Source: Podarcis muralis (lineage: Eukaryota). From it: a DNA stretch of 64,000 bases. The stretch spans positions 3,410,001 to 3,474,000 of the forward strand of contig NC_135664.1 of the NCBI RefSeq assembly GCF_964188315.1. The letters run 5' to 3'. Positions 47,988 to 60,900 of the stretch are shown here, one piece after another; positions within the stretch are counted from its first letter, which is position 1; the number at the start of each line of letters is the position of its first letter. The notes below the pieces were generated by a model. The model worked only from the letters and a program-made list of their open reading frames with translations. It ran no database searches and was not told the DNA's origin. Both the position numbers and the translations under genes were made by a program.

Positions 47988-50900
47988 GCAAAATATCAAT
48001 AGGCCTCCAGCAATGCCCTTCCAAAGGAAACCAACCTTGTGCTCCTTGTGCCCTGAGCTCCACCCTCATTGAGTAACTTTCAAAGACCAATCTGGTGTGG
48101 AAAGTAAATGCCTTCACTTGATCAGTCGTTTGTTTGAGAGATTGACTCCGATTTATGAATTTCAGGGTTTATTATAATTTCCTTACTACATAAAGCATCT
48201 TGGATTTGTAGAAAAATGGGGATATACATTTGAAAAGAAATACAAGTTCAAAACACCTATCATTTGTCATTTAATACACTGATCAGCAAGCAGATATCTG
48301 CTGCTATTGTTTCATTAATGTCACTTTTTCAGATTGTAATTCCTTATTTCAGAAAGGATAAAGATATGAACCAACAATGTTTCTTTTGAGGGTGGGAGGA
48401 ATGTGAATAGCCTGACATTTAGCTAGGCTAAAGGCTGACAGATATGTCCAGAGTATATGTACATAGACACGCTTTATTTTCTGGCAGGTGGTGTGGAGAA
48501 AGGGTACATCTGCAAAAGCGCCATGTGTTTCTTAGCAAACTCTATTTAGTTTACTTTTTTAAAATAGTCCTTCCAGGTGTTCAGAAACGCGCTAATTTGA
48601 AGACATCATTGTGTTGGGGAAATTGATATTTGTTCGTGAGGAAGAGAAATGGCCTTCCATACAACGGGGTTGGGTGGGCACCTTCCCCACAAGCTGAGAA
48701 AAAGAAGACACAGAGAAAGAAGATGGGGTTCAGCTGAGGAGGGAAAGGCAACATCAAGTCACCTGAAGACCTTTTCCAGTTTGCTATTATTTACCAAAAG
48801 TTTGCTATATGATGATCCTTCATTAGTACCTTATACTAGCTAGATTGTTGTATTTATTTGCTTGATTATTTAATATATATTAAGTATATAATAGCTCCCT
48901 TCAATGTAAAATTTACAAAGTCATTTATGGGATAAAAACAACAAAACCTTAACCATACAATAAAATGTCAATGATCAATTCAATAAAATGTTCCATGGGA
49001 ACAGATTCTGGTGAACTGCTTCACAGGCCGTCTTTAGAGGAGCTGAATTTATGCTCAGATTTATCGATCCCGGACATTGGATAGTATCAATCAAATCACA
49101 AGATGTGTCAATAGGCCAGATCCTTTGAGTGCTTGGTTAGAGTACGATGAGGATAATTTTCATCCCTCCAGGCTAATTCTTGGCATTGGAAAAGACTACT
49201 GTAACATCAGGAAAGGAATGGCTGATGAACAACCATTGAAAGTTTCAAGATGAATCAACTGATATGTAAATTCTTACCCCAAAGAGGGTTGGAACTGTAG
49301 TTTTGACAGTAGAGAAGTGCAACAACAACAATGACAACAACTGTTTTAAAGCTCAGGCTCCACTTTGGTTTCACCTGGATATCTGTAAATAGACACAAAT
49401 ATTGCAAAATATCAATAGGCCTCCAGCAATGCCCTTCCAAAGGAAACCAACCTTGTGCTCCTGGAATTTCTCATATTTCATTGTTTTTAGCTGTTATTTT
49501 CTTCTCATGGCTTATTGCTCTAAGAAATAAAGAACCGTCTGCTGTGTGCTATCTGCCATTGATCTCAATCAGCCTACTCCCAAGGAAATCCCATTGTCTA
49601 AATTCCCAGGAAGCTGTGTAAAGGATGGTAGCTCACAATTTTCTGCTTCATAATAGCCTTTTCTAATTGCAGTTCTAGCTCTCAGGGATCATGTTGAATA
49701 CTTGAATGATTCCCTTTGCTTTGCCAAAATAAGCTTGACACTATTCCTGTGTTCCCAATTAAAGGTGATATATAGAAAACAGAGAAGTCATAAGAAAGCT
49801 TTTTAAATGGAAGATAAATTCCTTGAAATTGCAAGCTGCAAGAGGTGTTTATTACAAATGATTTAAAATAAAAGCAGTAAGCAGCTGTAAAAATGTCAAC
49901 TCTGGAAAATATTGGATCTCTGCCTCCAGGCTAGAGGTGGAGAATTGGTGGCTCCTGGGGTCAATTTGACCCACACAACCATTTTGACTCCCCCTTTAGC
50001 CTCTCCTGGAGCCCCATCCCTCCTCGGCAGCAGCGCAAATGGGACCACAAAGTGCTATCCTGAGGACCTTCCGCTTCTCCTTGTAGCTGAAGGGGAAGGT
50101 GGGCAGAGCATTGCAAGTATTGAAGGTGCTGCAGAATATATCCATGTGTGTGCATGCGTGCATTTAACAGAAATGTTTGTTTTCATTTTCCCCTTCCATA
50201 AACTACAATTTCTAATGCCATCTCGCTACCCGTTTGGGTCATCTATAGGTAGAGATATTAAAAATTCAACGGTTTTGTTTCCAGCAGGGAGCTGTTATCT
50301 ACTCCCTAAGGAGATAACTGACAATGCATTTGTGCCTTGAATTATTGGTTGCCAAGACAGATATCAGATGCAGGGTGACAAAGAAGCATCCTACTTTGTT
50401 AGCTTTAACTAAATGGGAGTCAACTGGGTCAATTGCATCTTGGGGGGAAACTCTTACCAAAAGAAGAACAATTATATTCTGTTCAGATATTGCTTGGTTG
50501 TTATAATTTTTCCTGGGGCTTAGCCAACCATTCTAAATAAAATATTTAGAACATTAAGTTCAAATGAGAGGCTTTGTGTGCAAGTTCCTATAAAAGCCCT
50601 GTTTTGCTTAACAGATTTGCTCATTCTTCACTCCTTGTTTGCAAAAGCATCGACTGTGTTGCTGTCCACTGCTCAGTGTCATTTCCCACCTTTGTGTGCC
50701 TTCAGGTTTTTAACATTGATTTAGAATCCCTCAGTATTTGTATTCAATTGACAAATCAAACCTGTGTGTCTTTATGGAGTCTTACTCTGCTATGTTAAAT
50801 GGACAAAGCAATTTCTTTGTTCTGAAATGCATATTCCCATACAGTACAGTAAACCACCAACAGGCACAGCCCATCATGGTTTCTTGTTGCTTCTCTTTCG

Positions 50901-52187
50901 TATCGTGCAATGGTGTGTGGGATTCAGTCGTATAAAAGTTTAAAAAATAGTCACGACAACAACCTATAAGACCTTTTATCCCCACACCCCAAATTATTTC
51001 TGCAGGCTCTCATGGTGGCACACCAACAGACATTCAGGCAATTACGCAGTTTGGTTGCTTGGTGTGAGGTGGGGGCGTGTAGCTCTTTTACGCCAGAGAA
51101 CAGGACATTCCTTCTACCTGGGATGGTCATGCTCTTCTGTCCAGCTTCAGGAGGGATGCACATGCAGTACAGCCAGCCAGCCAAGTCAACTCTGGTGATC
51201 AATGGGGTGGCTGATGTTACAGTCAGATCAACCTTACAACCATGTGTGCGGATTGTGCAGGACAACAGTACATTAACTAGGCTTCAGTATTCAACTTGGT
51301 TTTGAATTTGCACTGATTTTGATGTACAGTCATCTCTTATGCCCCAGAGAATTCTCTTTCTTTTTCCAGGATTGTGTTCCAGCTACTGTTGAGGCACCAT
51401 GTTTACGATAATAAGATGTCCTCCAGAGAGGGCCTCAAGTTTTATTTTAATAATTGTGTATTATAATTTAAAATATTCCGGATGAGAATTTATCCTGCCT
51501 AGGTTTGTTTGCTGCTACTTTCCTGGGTTTTATGGATTTTTGTATGGTTTTTATTATAACCCATTCTTACAATAAATCTTTATGTAACAAACAACTAATA
51601 AATTGAAGTAATAATAATAATTAGAACAACTCCATCTAATTTGCATAAGGTTCAATTTACAGACATGGCAGACAAGCATAAAGCTCAAGTTATTTGCCTT
51701 CTTTATGCAACAATTTGGGTTCTTGCCGCCTCTCCCAGTCCTCAAACAGTAAGAAAGTTATACGACTTTTGAAAAGGAAAAGAATCATTTCTCTAACTTT
51801 CTTTCTAGCTGGAATGATAAGACACAGCAATATGGTGAGGTGATTAATGTAGAAATAGCCCAGCTACTATAATGCATCTCTCCTGATAAGGCAACACATT
51901 TTACTGTGATGTTGCAGAAGTGGATCTGTGCTTTCTCTTGGCTTATTTCATTTCTGTGTTTCCTTCCTTCCTTCCTGATGGCAGTGGGAACTGAAGATCC
52001 ACAGGAGATGAGAACATGAGTGAGTGAGGAAGTGAGGTTCTTGCTTACACAAGAGTGAACTTCAGAAGAGACAAGGCGGCCGTTTTTGTAACAATCCCTG
52101 CAAGGAGGGGATAGAAAGCTATGACCTCAGGAAAAGAATTTGGGGCCCAGCTTCATGCTGTACTAGCTTTCTTATTGCAAAGGTGGT

Positions 52188-52218
<31 letters not shown>

Positions 52219-52589
52219 AAATGTAGTGGAGGGTTTAAAAATATGATCCTTCACTTAAAGTCTGAAGTGGTACAATTTATTCTGCTGCCTTCACAGACCA
52301 GGTTTTCATTTCAACTCCCTCCCTCCCACACCTGTGCAAATGCTAGAACTGGCACTTTTGAAGGATAGGCAGACCAGCAGCTCCGAGAGGAGATCAGGCT
52401 TCAAAATGAACAATCTCTGCTACTTTACAAATCGGTAGCTTGATGTCTGCATACTCAACAGTAATATGCATAGAAGAATATACTGCAAGGCTGCCTGAAA
52501 TAGCATCTGTAGCTTCCTTTCTGTCGTGATACCTAGTATCACTCACGATGGGCTAGAGCTGCGTGCAGATAGTCTCTTGAAAGTCTCTA

Positions 52590-52813
52590 CCCTCCTTGTG
52601 GACAGAGAAATTGAGGGGTGGGATATTTACAGAAGTTTATAAAATTATGCCTGGCGTGGAGAAAGTGGAGAGAGAAGAGTTTTTCCTCCCTCTCTCATAT
52701 GCCAGAACTGATGGACACCCGATGAAGTCAAATGTTGGAAGATTCAGAACAGATAAAAGAAAGGACTCTGGGCTTTGCTCCCACTGGCGGTAATAATAAT
52801 AATAATAAGCAGC

Positions 52814-52857
<44 letters not shown>

Positions 52858-53250
52858 TATACCCCGCCCATCTGGCCGGGCTTCCCCAGCCACTCTGGGC
52901 GGCTTCCAGAAAAATATTAAAATACTGTAATACATCAAACATTAAAAGCTTCCCTAAAGAGGGCTGCCTTCAGATGTCTTCTAAAAGTCTGGTAGTTGTT
53001 GTTCTCTTTGACATCTGGTGGGAGGGCGTTCCACAGGGAGGGTGCCACTACCGAGAAGGCCCGGTAGAGATGACCACCAACCTGGGTGGCTTTAAATGAG
53101 GACTGGACAAAATTGTGGAGGATAAAGCTAACAGTGATTACTAGTAGCAGCTCTGCCTCCCCTGTTGAAGGCAGTAATGCTTCTGCATACAAGCTGCTGG
53201 AAGCCACGGGAGAAAAAGTGCACTTGGGTTTGGGCCCCACTTGCAGGTGC
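52590..53250 (+). mobile_element. Old CR1 3' fragment interrupted by an L2-tail insertion
   Basis: EVYKIMPGVEKVERE...GRFRTDKRK, resuming at 53062 'gtagagatgaccaccaacctgggtggctttaaatgaggactggacaaatt'. Confidence 0.75.
52793..53061 (-). mobile_element. Young L2-type 3'-end insertion
   Basis: ORF 52935 frame reads RAFSVVAPSLWNALPPDVKE..TFRRHLKAALFREAF; (TAA)n tail; TSD cggta (52788, 53062). Confidence 0.88.
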
Positions 53251-53661
53251 AGATGTGGAATTTCTGCAAAACACATTATCCGTGAGGCCAGTGCCACATG
53301 CACAAGAGTGCAGCCTGGCCACAGAATTGGTAAGAACCAGTTAAGACTGAACGTTAGAGTGAGAAACAACTCCGTGTAAGGAACAAGGAGGGCTCTGATA
53401 GATACAACAGAAATGGGTTGTGCTTTCAAGGACCGTAGTCAGATGAAGAGATGGTGAAACAATGAGTTGGCCAAAGGTGGATGGTGATGGTGAAACAGCC
53501 AAGATGACGCGCATTTTTTCAATATAGAGTGTGTCGTAATGGAAAGCAGAGTCTTTGAACTTCATCCTGGATTCCTGAATAAAGCCTGACCAGTTGGGGA
53601 TTTGGTGTGAGCCCCCAAATCTTGAATCCCCCAAATCTCTCTCACAGTTTCCCACTGTGAG

Positions 53662-53808
53662 AACAAGATGTTTAGGGAAGCTTTTAATATCTGAAGCACT
53701 ATTGTATTTTAACATTTTGTTGGACCCGCCCAGAGTGGCTGGGGAAACCCAGCCAGATGGGTGGGGTATAAATAAATTATTGTTGTTGTTGTTGTTATTG
53801 TTATTGAT
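53662..53808 (+). mobile_element. L2-type 3' tail
   Basis: 'gcccagagtggctggggaaacccagccagatgggtggggtataaataaattatt'. Confidence 0.8.
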
Positions 53809-54027
53809 GCTGAAGTAGTTGGACCATTGGCCTCATCCAGCATCTTTGTGTTGTGGTCAAATCTTAAATTTCTCAATTTCTCCAGCAGGAATAGACATTT
53901 GCCGACATTTTCTCAGGGGTGGGGCTCACCATCAACAATGGCAGTAATAACTATCCTTCCTTCTTTCCTCAGGAGATGTTGTTGCTCCTGCTGCAAGTGG
54001 GAGCCAGGAGCCACATGCAGAATGTTA

Positions 54028-54089
<62 letters not shown>

Positions 54090-54377
54090 TGCTTACATTT
54101 ATATCTTACCTCTCTTCTGTCACCAAAAGGCAGAACTCGTGAAGATGCAGCTCTGCTCTCCCGTTTCTCCTGACCGCTCATGGAAATTATTTTCAGGGCT
54201 TCCGGTGTGGTGGAGCCCACGCCAGTTTCTGTTTCAGAGAACCAGGCATCAGTATTGTGTTTGAGTTTGAAAGCAGATGTGTTGTAACAAAATGATAGCA
54301 ATGTATATTAAGAATAAGAATAATGACAATGACGGGTATTTTGTGTTTTCCTTTTGTAATTTTATGCTATAAATAAA

Positions 54378-54425
<48 letters not shown>

Positions 54426-54583
54426 ATGTGGATGCCTAGGCAGATGTCCTTTTCGATGTGTCAATGGGGGGGCAGAGTCTACTGCTGCCCCCCATCTGTG
54501 CCTTCATTCTACAGCCGAGGAGGAGTCCTAACACCTGAATAGGCCACTGTTCACTCTTGCATCTGAACTGGCATACTTTAGGT

Positions 54584-54779
54584 CTGAGCTTTCCAAACTG
54601 TGTGTAGCAACACATTAGTGTGTCGGTTGCAGTGTGTCGTGTGAATGTTCCCTATGCACCTTCCAGGGCTGGAAAGGGGTTAGTTTAACCTCCGGTTTGC
54701 TAGTAAAACTGAATTACTGTGTCACAAAATGATGCATGTCTAAAATGTGTCACCAACATGTAAAGTTTGGAAAGCTCTG
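54584..54779. mobile_element. hAT-superfamily MITE
   Basis: TIRs CTGAGCTTTCCAAAC / GTTTGGAAAGCTCTG; perfect 8-bp TSD ctttaggt (54576, 54780). Confidence 0.9.
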
Positions 54780-55597
54780 CTTTAGGTGATATCCAGTTTT
54801 GTGCGTTGGGATCTAGGGTGTTGCGGAGGGGGGTGTTGCTTGGTGGAGGTTGCTGCTTTTTAAAGATTTTGTTTTGATTTATGTGGAAATTGTTCAGTTT
54901 TTTCAATATTTTATTTATTATGACTACTTTTGTTATGTTGTGGTTACGTATTTTTTCATGTTGTAAGCCAGCTTGAGCACAGTTTGAACTGTGGGAAGGT
55001 GGTATACAAATAAAATTAAGTATGTCTGAATGTAAACTTTGAGTAGACTTCCTTTTCCTCTCCACCTGCGTGCTCTCCCCCAATCTGCTCCCATGTCCTC
55101 GCCCCCCTGCAGCAGAGTTTTGGGGATGAGTGGTGCTGGGGCTGCATATTGGGGAGGAGAAGAAGTCCTGTTGCACCAGCAGAAGGCTGCCTTCCCAACC
55201 AGAGTTGCAAACCAGGAACAGATCATGTGCAGAATTGATCAACTAGCAGATCTGAATGGGGCTGGGTGGGGAAGGAAGAGAAAGTGCAGGAACCCACATC
55301 AAATTCTGAACTGACCCAAGGTGTCTCGCTAGCTGTTACATGCCTCTCCCTATGAGGGAATGGTTATCAACTTGATTTCATTCTCCAGCAGAGCACTGAA
55401 CAGTGATGATCACACAAAATTGAACCTGCGTTTTCTCTTGGCTCATTTCATTTTTGTGGGGAATGGAACACAAATTTCTGTCTCCATGAGGGGAATCCCA
55501 ATCGCCCTGGTGAGTGTTGGGAATGCAAAGTCAAATACAAATTCTCTTCCCTGTTAAGAAAGAAATGTGATTTGAAGTGAGGCTGCAGGGAGCCAGA

Positions 55598-55800
55598 CAG
55601 AGGACCTTCTTGGTAGTGGCGCCCACACTGTGGAACGCCCTCCCTTCAGATGTGAAGGAAATAAGCAGCTATCTTATATTTAAAAGACATCTGAAGGCAG
55701 CCCTGTTTAGGGAAGTTTTTAATATTTAATGCTGTATTGTTTAATGCTGTCTTGTTTTTAACACTCGTTTGGAAGCTGCCCAGAGTGGCTGGGGAAACTC
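55598..55800 (+). mobile_element. L2-type 3' fragment
   Basis: 'gtagtggcgcccacactgtggaacgccctccc...agacatctgaaggcagccctgtttagggaag...gcccagagtggctgggg'. Confidence 0.82.
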
Positions 55801-56549
55801 ATCTATAAATGAGATTTATAGAAACTCTTAAAATAAGAGGATGAGGTTTATTCCTTCTACAGGTTAGAAGGAAAGAAGAAAGGTAGCTCTTCAATGGGTA
55901 TAGGAGAAAGCATTGCAAGGGAATAGTCTGGTAAAACACGGGACGCAATATGAGGTGTGCAAAATAGAGCCCCTTTTGTACTGTCCCCTGGAGGTGGGAC
56001 ACTGCAACTCGACTCTGTCTTGCCTTGCTGGGGTAATGGGAAACTAAGTCTAAGTGAGACGAGCCAGAATTTGGCCCTCCTTATGGCAGTATGGCCTCAT
56101 TTTATGGAATGGGTTCTGCTAAACATGAGAGGAGTGACAAAGAAAATGATAAGTACATGGAATCCATTTCTGCATTCCCTGCTGCCCCTTTTCTCTTGGA
56201 CTCAGTTATTTGGCAGAAATGACTCTGCTGAAGCTATTATACCTAAGAGGTGATATTGATTCCCAGAAACAAATGACTAGGTATTTTGCAATTGAAACAG
56301 CATACTAGGTACTCCATTCCACTTCTGTTCTTAATGAAGGTGCCACGGGAATCATAGACCCTCAGGGTCATCCAGTCCAGTCCCCTGCAATGCAGGAATT
56401 ACTTGGAGGAGCCCACAAATTTTATTTTGGCTCCATTATTTGTGATGGACCCTTTCCTGCTCCTGAGTCTCTGGCACATGGAAGGACTTGGGGAGTTCTC
56501 ACATGTCCTGTTGAACTTTAGAGCAGCAGCCAGCAGTGTGAGAGACCAG

Positions 56550-56702
56550 GGACTAATCTACACTGGTGAGTTATAATGTTATAAATGCGTTATAAAAATG
56601 TGACACCAGGGGGCGCTGTACAGCAGGCAACGGGAAATTCCACTGAGAGCTATAGAACGTTTTTTTTTCTTAGCATCTTTTAATATCAGTGTAGATCCAG
56701 CC
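56550..56702. mobile_element. PIF/Harbinger-like MITE
   Basis: Imperfect TIRs GGACTAATCTACACT / AGTGTAGATCCAGCC; 3-bp flanks cag / tag. Confidence 0.6.
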
Positions 56703-56822
56703 TAGCCCAGCCAGTCCCCATTCCAAAGGGCAGCTTCCTCCTACTCGTGACCAGCAGCGACTTCTGCTTGCCAGATGCAGCAGAGAATCGTGTCACCTGG
56801 GGGAAGCTCTGCGGTGTGTGAG

Positions 56823-56975
56823 TGTCAGGGACACCGAGGTGTAGTGGCTAGATATGGAAGTGTGGGCACTGGGAGAAGGAAAGAACGGGTCCATGATCTG
56901 AGGGAGCCTGGAACAGCCGGGAGACCCGAGTCAGAAGCAGGAGAAGATGCAGGAGTGGAGACTGAAGAGCAGGAG

Positions 56976-57034
<59 letters not shown>

Positions 57035-57137
57035 CTGGTGGAGAGTCAAGGGCTTCCCCACCTTCTCCTTCTCCTGCCCCCTCCTCTCCTGCTCCACTGT
57101 CTCCCTGGACCAGAAGAAGTTTGAAGCGGGAGGAGCA
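56823..57137 (+). mobile_element. LTR family 'A'-related, copy 3 (3'-truncated, internal (GA)n at ~56978-57029)
   Basis: TGTCAGGGAC start, WLD-x-E-x-W in the same frame as copies 1 and 2, acidic stretch, then PLSPWTRRSLKREE. Confidence 0.62.
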
Positions 57138-57344
57138 CATTCCCCCTCCCCATCACACAATGCAGTGTCCCTGCTCACTGTCCCCTTGCCAAGCCACACA
57201 CACACCCCGCCACAAACCCAGGCCTTGGGGAAGGTTGCAGCAGAGGGGCTCCATTCTCTTTCCCCAGGCTGCTACTTGGTTCCCCAGGTTTCAGGAGGCT
57301 GTTTGCTTCTTTGTTCTCCATCTGGAAAGATCTCCCTCACTCCT

Positions 57345-57487
57345 GGATAGCTCAGTCAGTCCAGCATGAGACTCTTAATCTCGGGGTTGTGGGTTTGAGC
57401 CCCATGTTGGGCAGCAGATTCCTGCATTAAAGGGGGTTGGACTAGATGACCCTCGTGGTCCCTTCCAACTCTACAATTCTATAATTC
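57345..57487 (+). mobile_element. Squam2-type SINE (tRNA-Lys-CTT-derived head + CR1 3' tail)
   Basis: GGATAGCTCAGTCAGTCCAGCATGAGACTCTTAATCTCGGGGTTGTGGGTTTGAGCCCC followed by 'gggggttggactagatgacc...ctacaattctat'. Confidence 0.87.
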
Positions 57488-57588
57488 AGTGATTCCTGCT
57501 GGTATTGTCTGTCCCACATTGAGGGTTTCTTTGAGTTTTGGGCCAGAGGCGGAGATTAGGGATTCCTAGCAGTGGGAATTTCTGGTGC

Positions 57589-57636
<48 letters not shown>

Positions 57637-57966
57637 AGAATTCCTGGAATGTAAGATCCAAGTTTGGGGTAAGTACTCTCTGGTGTGAGAACTCCAGCAG
57701 AGATTTAACAAAATATGCAGCAAAGCAAAGCATGGAAATAGAGGCTGTAAAAACTTAAAAGGTGCTCTTTAAAGTGAGATCCAAATTGCCCCCATAAAAT
57801 ATTCCTTTCCGAAGCTTCCCTCTTCCCCCAGCATGGGAAAAAGACTACATGTTTTGCAAGTTAAAGAAGAGTTTACTTACAAGCTCTCTGAAGGTCAGAT
57901 TCATGTGCTTTAGAAAAGTAAAGCTTAGCTTAGTGCAAGTTCCTAAATTTTTGGTATAGGAACTCA

Positions 57967-60900
57967 AGAATCATAGAATCATAGAGTTGGAAGAGACCCC
58001 AAGGGCCATCGAGTCCAACCCCCTGCCAAGCAGGAAACACCATCAGAGCACTCCTGACATATGGTTGTCAAGCCTCTGCTTAAAGACCTCCAAAGAAGGA
58101 GACTCCACCACACTCCTTGGCAGCAAATTCCACTGTCGAACAGCTCTTACTGTCAGGAAGTTCTTCCTAATGTTTAGGTGGAATCTTCTTTCTTGTAGTT
58201 TGGATCCATTGCTCCATGTCCGCTTCTCTGGAGCAGCAGAAAACAGCCTTTCTCCCTCCTCTATGTGACATCCTTTTATATATTTGAACATGGCTATCAT
58301 ATCACCCCTTAACCTCCTCTTCTCCAGGCTAAACATGCCCAGCTCCCTTAGCCGTTCCTCATAAGGCATCGTTTCCAGGCCTTTGACCATTTTGGTTGCC
58401 CTCCTCTGGACACGTTCCAGTTTGTCAGTGTCCTTCTTGAACTGTGGTGCCCAGAACTGGACACAGTACTCCAGGTGAGGTCTGACCAGAGCAGAATACA
58501 GTGGCACTATTACTTCCCTTGATCTAGATGCTATACTCCTATTGATGAGGCCCAGAATTGCATTGGCTTTTTTAGCTGCCGCGTCACACTGTTGGCTCAT
58601 GTCAAGTTTGTGGTCAACCAAGACTCCTAGATCCTTTTCACATGTACTGCTCTCAAGCCAGGTGTCACCCATCTTGTATTTGTGCCTCTCATTTTTTTTT
58701 GCCCAAGTGCAATACTTTACATTTCTCCCTGTTAAAATTCATCTTGTTTGTTTTGGCCCAGTTCTCTAATCTGTCAAGGTCGTTTTGAAGTGTGATCCTG
58801 TCCTCTGGGGTGTTAGCCACCCCTCCCAGTTTGGTGTCATCTGCAAATTTGATCAGGATGCCCTTGAGTCCATCATCCAAGTCGTTGATAAAGATGTTGA
58901 ATAAGACCGGGCCCAAGACAGAACCCTGTGGCACCCCACTAGTCACTCTTCTCCAGGATGAAGAGGAACCATTGACGAGCACCGTTTGGGTTCGGTCAGT
59001 CAGCCAGTTACAAATCCACTGAGTGGTAGCATAGTCAAGACCGCATTTTACCAGCTTCTTTACAAGAATATCATGGGGCACCTTGTCAAATGCCTTGCTG
59101 AAATCAAGGTAGACTACATCCACTGCGTTCCCTTCATCTACCAGGCTTGTAATTCTGTCAAAAAACGAGATCAGGTTAGTCTGACATGACTTATTTTTCA
59201 GAAATCCATGCTGACTATTGGTGATCACAGCATTCCTTTCTAGGTGCTCACAGACTATTTGCTTAATGATCTGCTCCAGAATCTGCCCTGGTATTGATGT
59301 CAGACTGACTGGGCGGTAATTATTTGGGTCCTCTCTTTTCCCCTTTTTGAAAATAGGGACAACATTTGCCCTCCTCCAGTCTGCCGGGACTTCGCCTGTT
59401 CTCCAGGAATTCTCAAAGATGACTGCCAGTGGTTCTGAAATCACATCTGCCAGTTCTTTTAATACTCTTGGATGCAGTTCATCTGGCCCTGGAGACTTGA
59501 ATACATCTAGACTAGCCAAGTATTCTTGTACTATCTCCTTAGTTATTCTGGGCTGTGTTTCCTCTGCTGAATCATTTGCTCCAAATTCTTCAGGTCGGGC
59601 ATTGTTTTCTTTATCGGAGAAGACTGAGGCAAAGAAGGCATTGAGGAGTTCAGCCCTTTCTGTGTCCCCTGTTTGCATTTCACCATCTTCTCCTCTGAGT
59701 GACCCCACGGTTTCTTTGTTCTTCCTTTTGCTACGAACATACCCATAAAAGCCTTTTTTGTTGCTTTTAACCTCTCTAGCAAGCCTGAGTTCATTTTGTG
59801 CTTTAGCTTTTCTGACTTTGTGTCTACACGTGCTGGCTATTTGTTTGAATTCCTCTTTGGTGGTTTCCCCCCTTTTCCATTTTTTGTACACATCCTTTTT
59901 TAATCTTAACTCAGTTAAAAGTTCTTTAGATAGCCACCCTGGCTTCTTTAGGCACCTTCCATGTTTCCGTCTCATTGGTATTGCCTGAAGTTGTGCTTTT
60001 ACTATCTCCCTCTTAACAAACTCCCAGCCATCTTGAACTCCCTTTCCTTTTAGTATTACTGTCCATGGGATCTCACCCAGCACTTCCCTAAGCTTTATGA
60101 AGTCGGCTTTCTTAAAGTCGAGAAATTGAGTCCTAGTATGCTTGGCTGCTCCTTTCCGCTGTATAGTAAACTTCAGAAGAGCATGATCACTCGCGCCTAA
60201 TGATCCTTCCACTTCTACCCCACTAACCAGGTCATCAACATTGGTTAGGACCAGATCTAAAATGGCTGTTCCTCTTGTTGCTTCTCCCACTTTCTGGACA
60301 ATGAAGTTGTCTGCAAGGGCAGTGAGGAATCTGTTTGACCTTATGCTCTTGGCTGAGTTTGACATCCAACAAATATCCGGGTAATTGAAGTCCCCCATTA
60401 CTACTATCTCCCTTCCTTTTGCATGCTTGGCCATCTGTTCCAGGAAGGCATCATCTATGTCCTCCGTTTGGCTTGGGGATCTATAGTAAACTCCCACAAT
60501 GAGGTCACTGTTATTCTTCTCTCCCTTAATTTTGACCCAAATGCTCTCACTTTGGCTTTGAGGTTCTAAATCTTGGATCTCTTCACAGGTATACACATCC
60601 CTGACATATAACGCCACTCCTCCTCCTTTCTTGTCTGGTCTGTTTCTTTGAAATAGATTGTATCCCTCCATTATTACATTCCAATCGTGGGATTTATCCC
60701 ACCAGGTTTCAGTGATTCCTATTATGTCATATTTAGTTTGCTGTACCAGGAGCTCAAGCTCATCTTGTTTATTTCCCATGCTTTGCGCATTAGTGTACAG
60801 ACATTGAAGTCCATTAATCATTCCCCCGTGTCTCTTATTTAAGGATTTTCTCCTCCCACCACTAGGTCTGCATGCTCTTTGCTCCATTCGGTCTATGACA

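Noticed and set aside
24353-54464. ORFs with poly-N, poly-L, poly-I, poly-Y, TH or ER tracts
   Set aside because: These are translations of microsatellites.
57345-57415. tRNA-Lys(CTT)-like sequence
   Set aside because: D and T arms are mutated and it runs directly into a CR1-type tail, so it is a SINE head rather than a tRNA gene.
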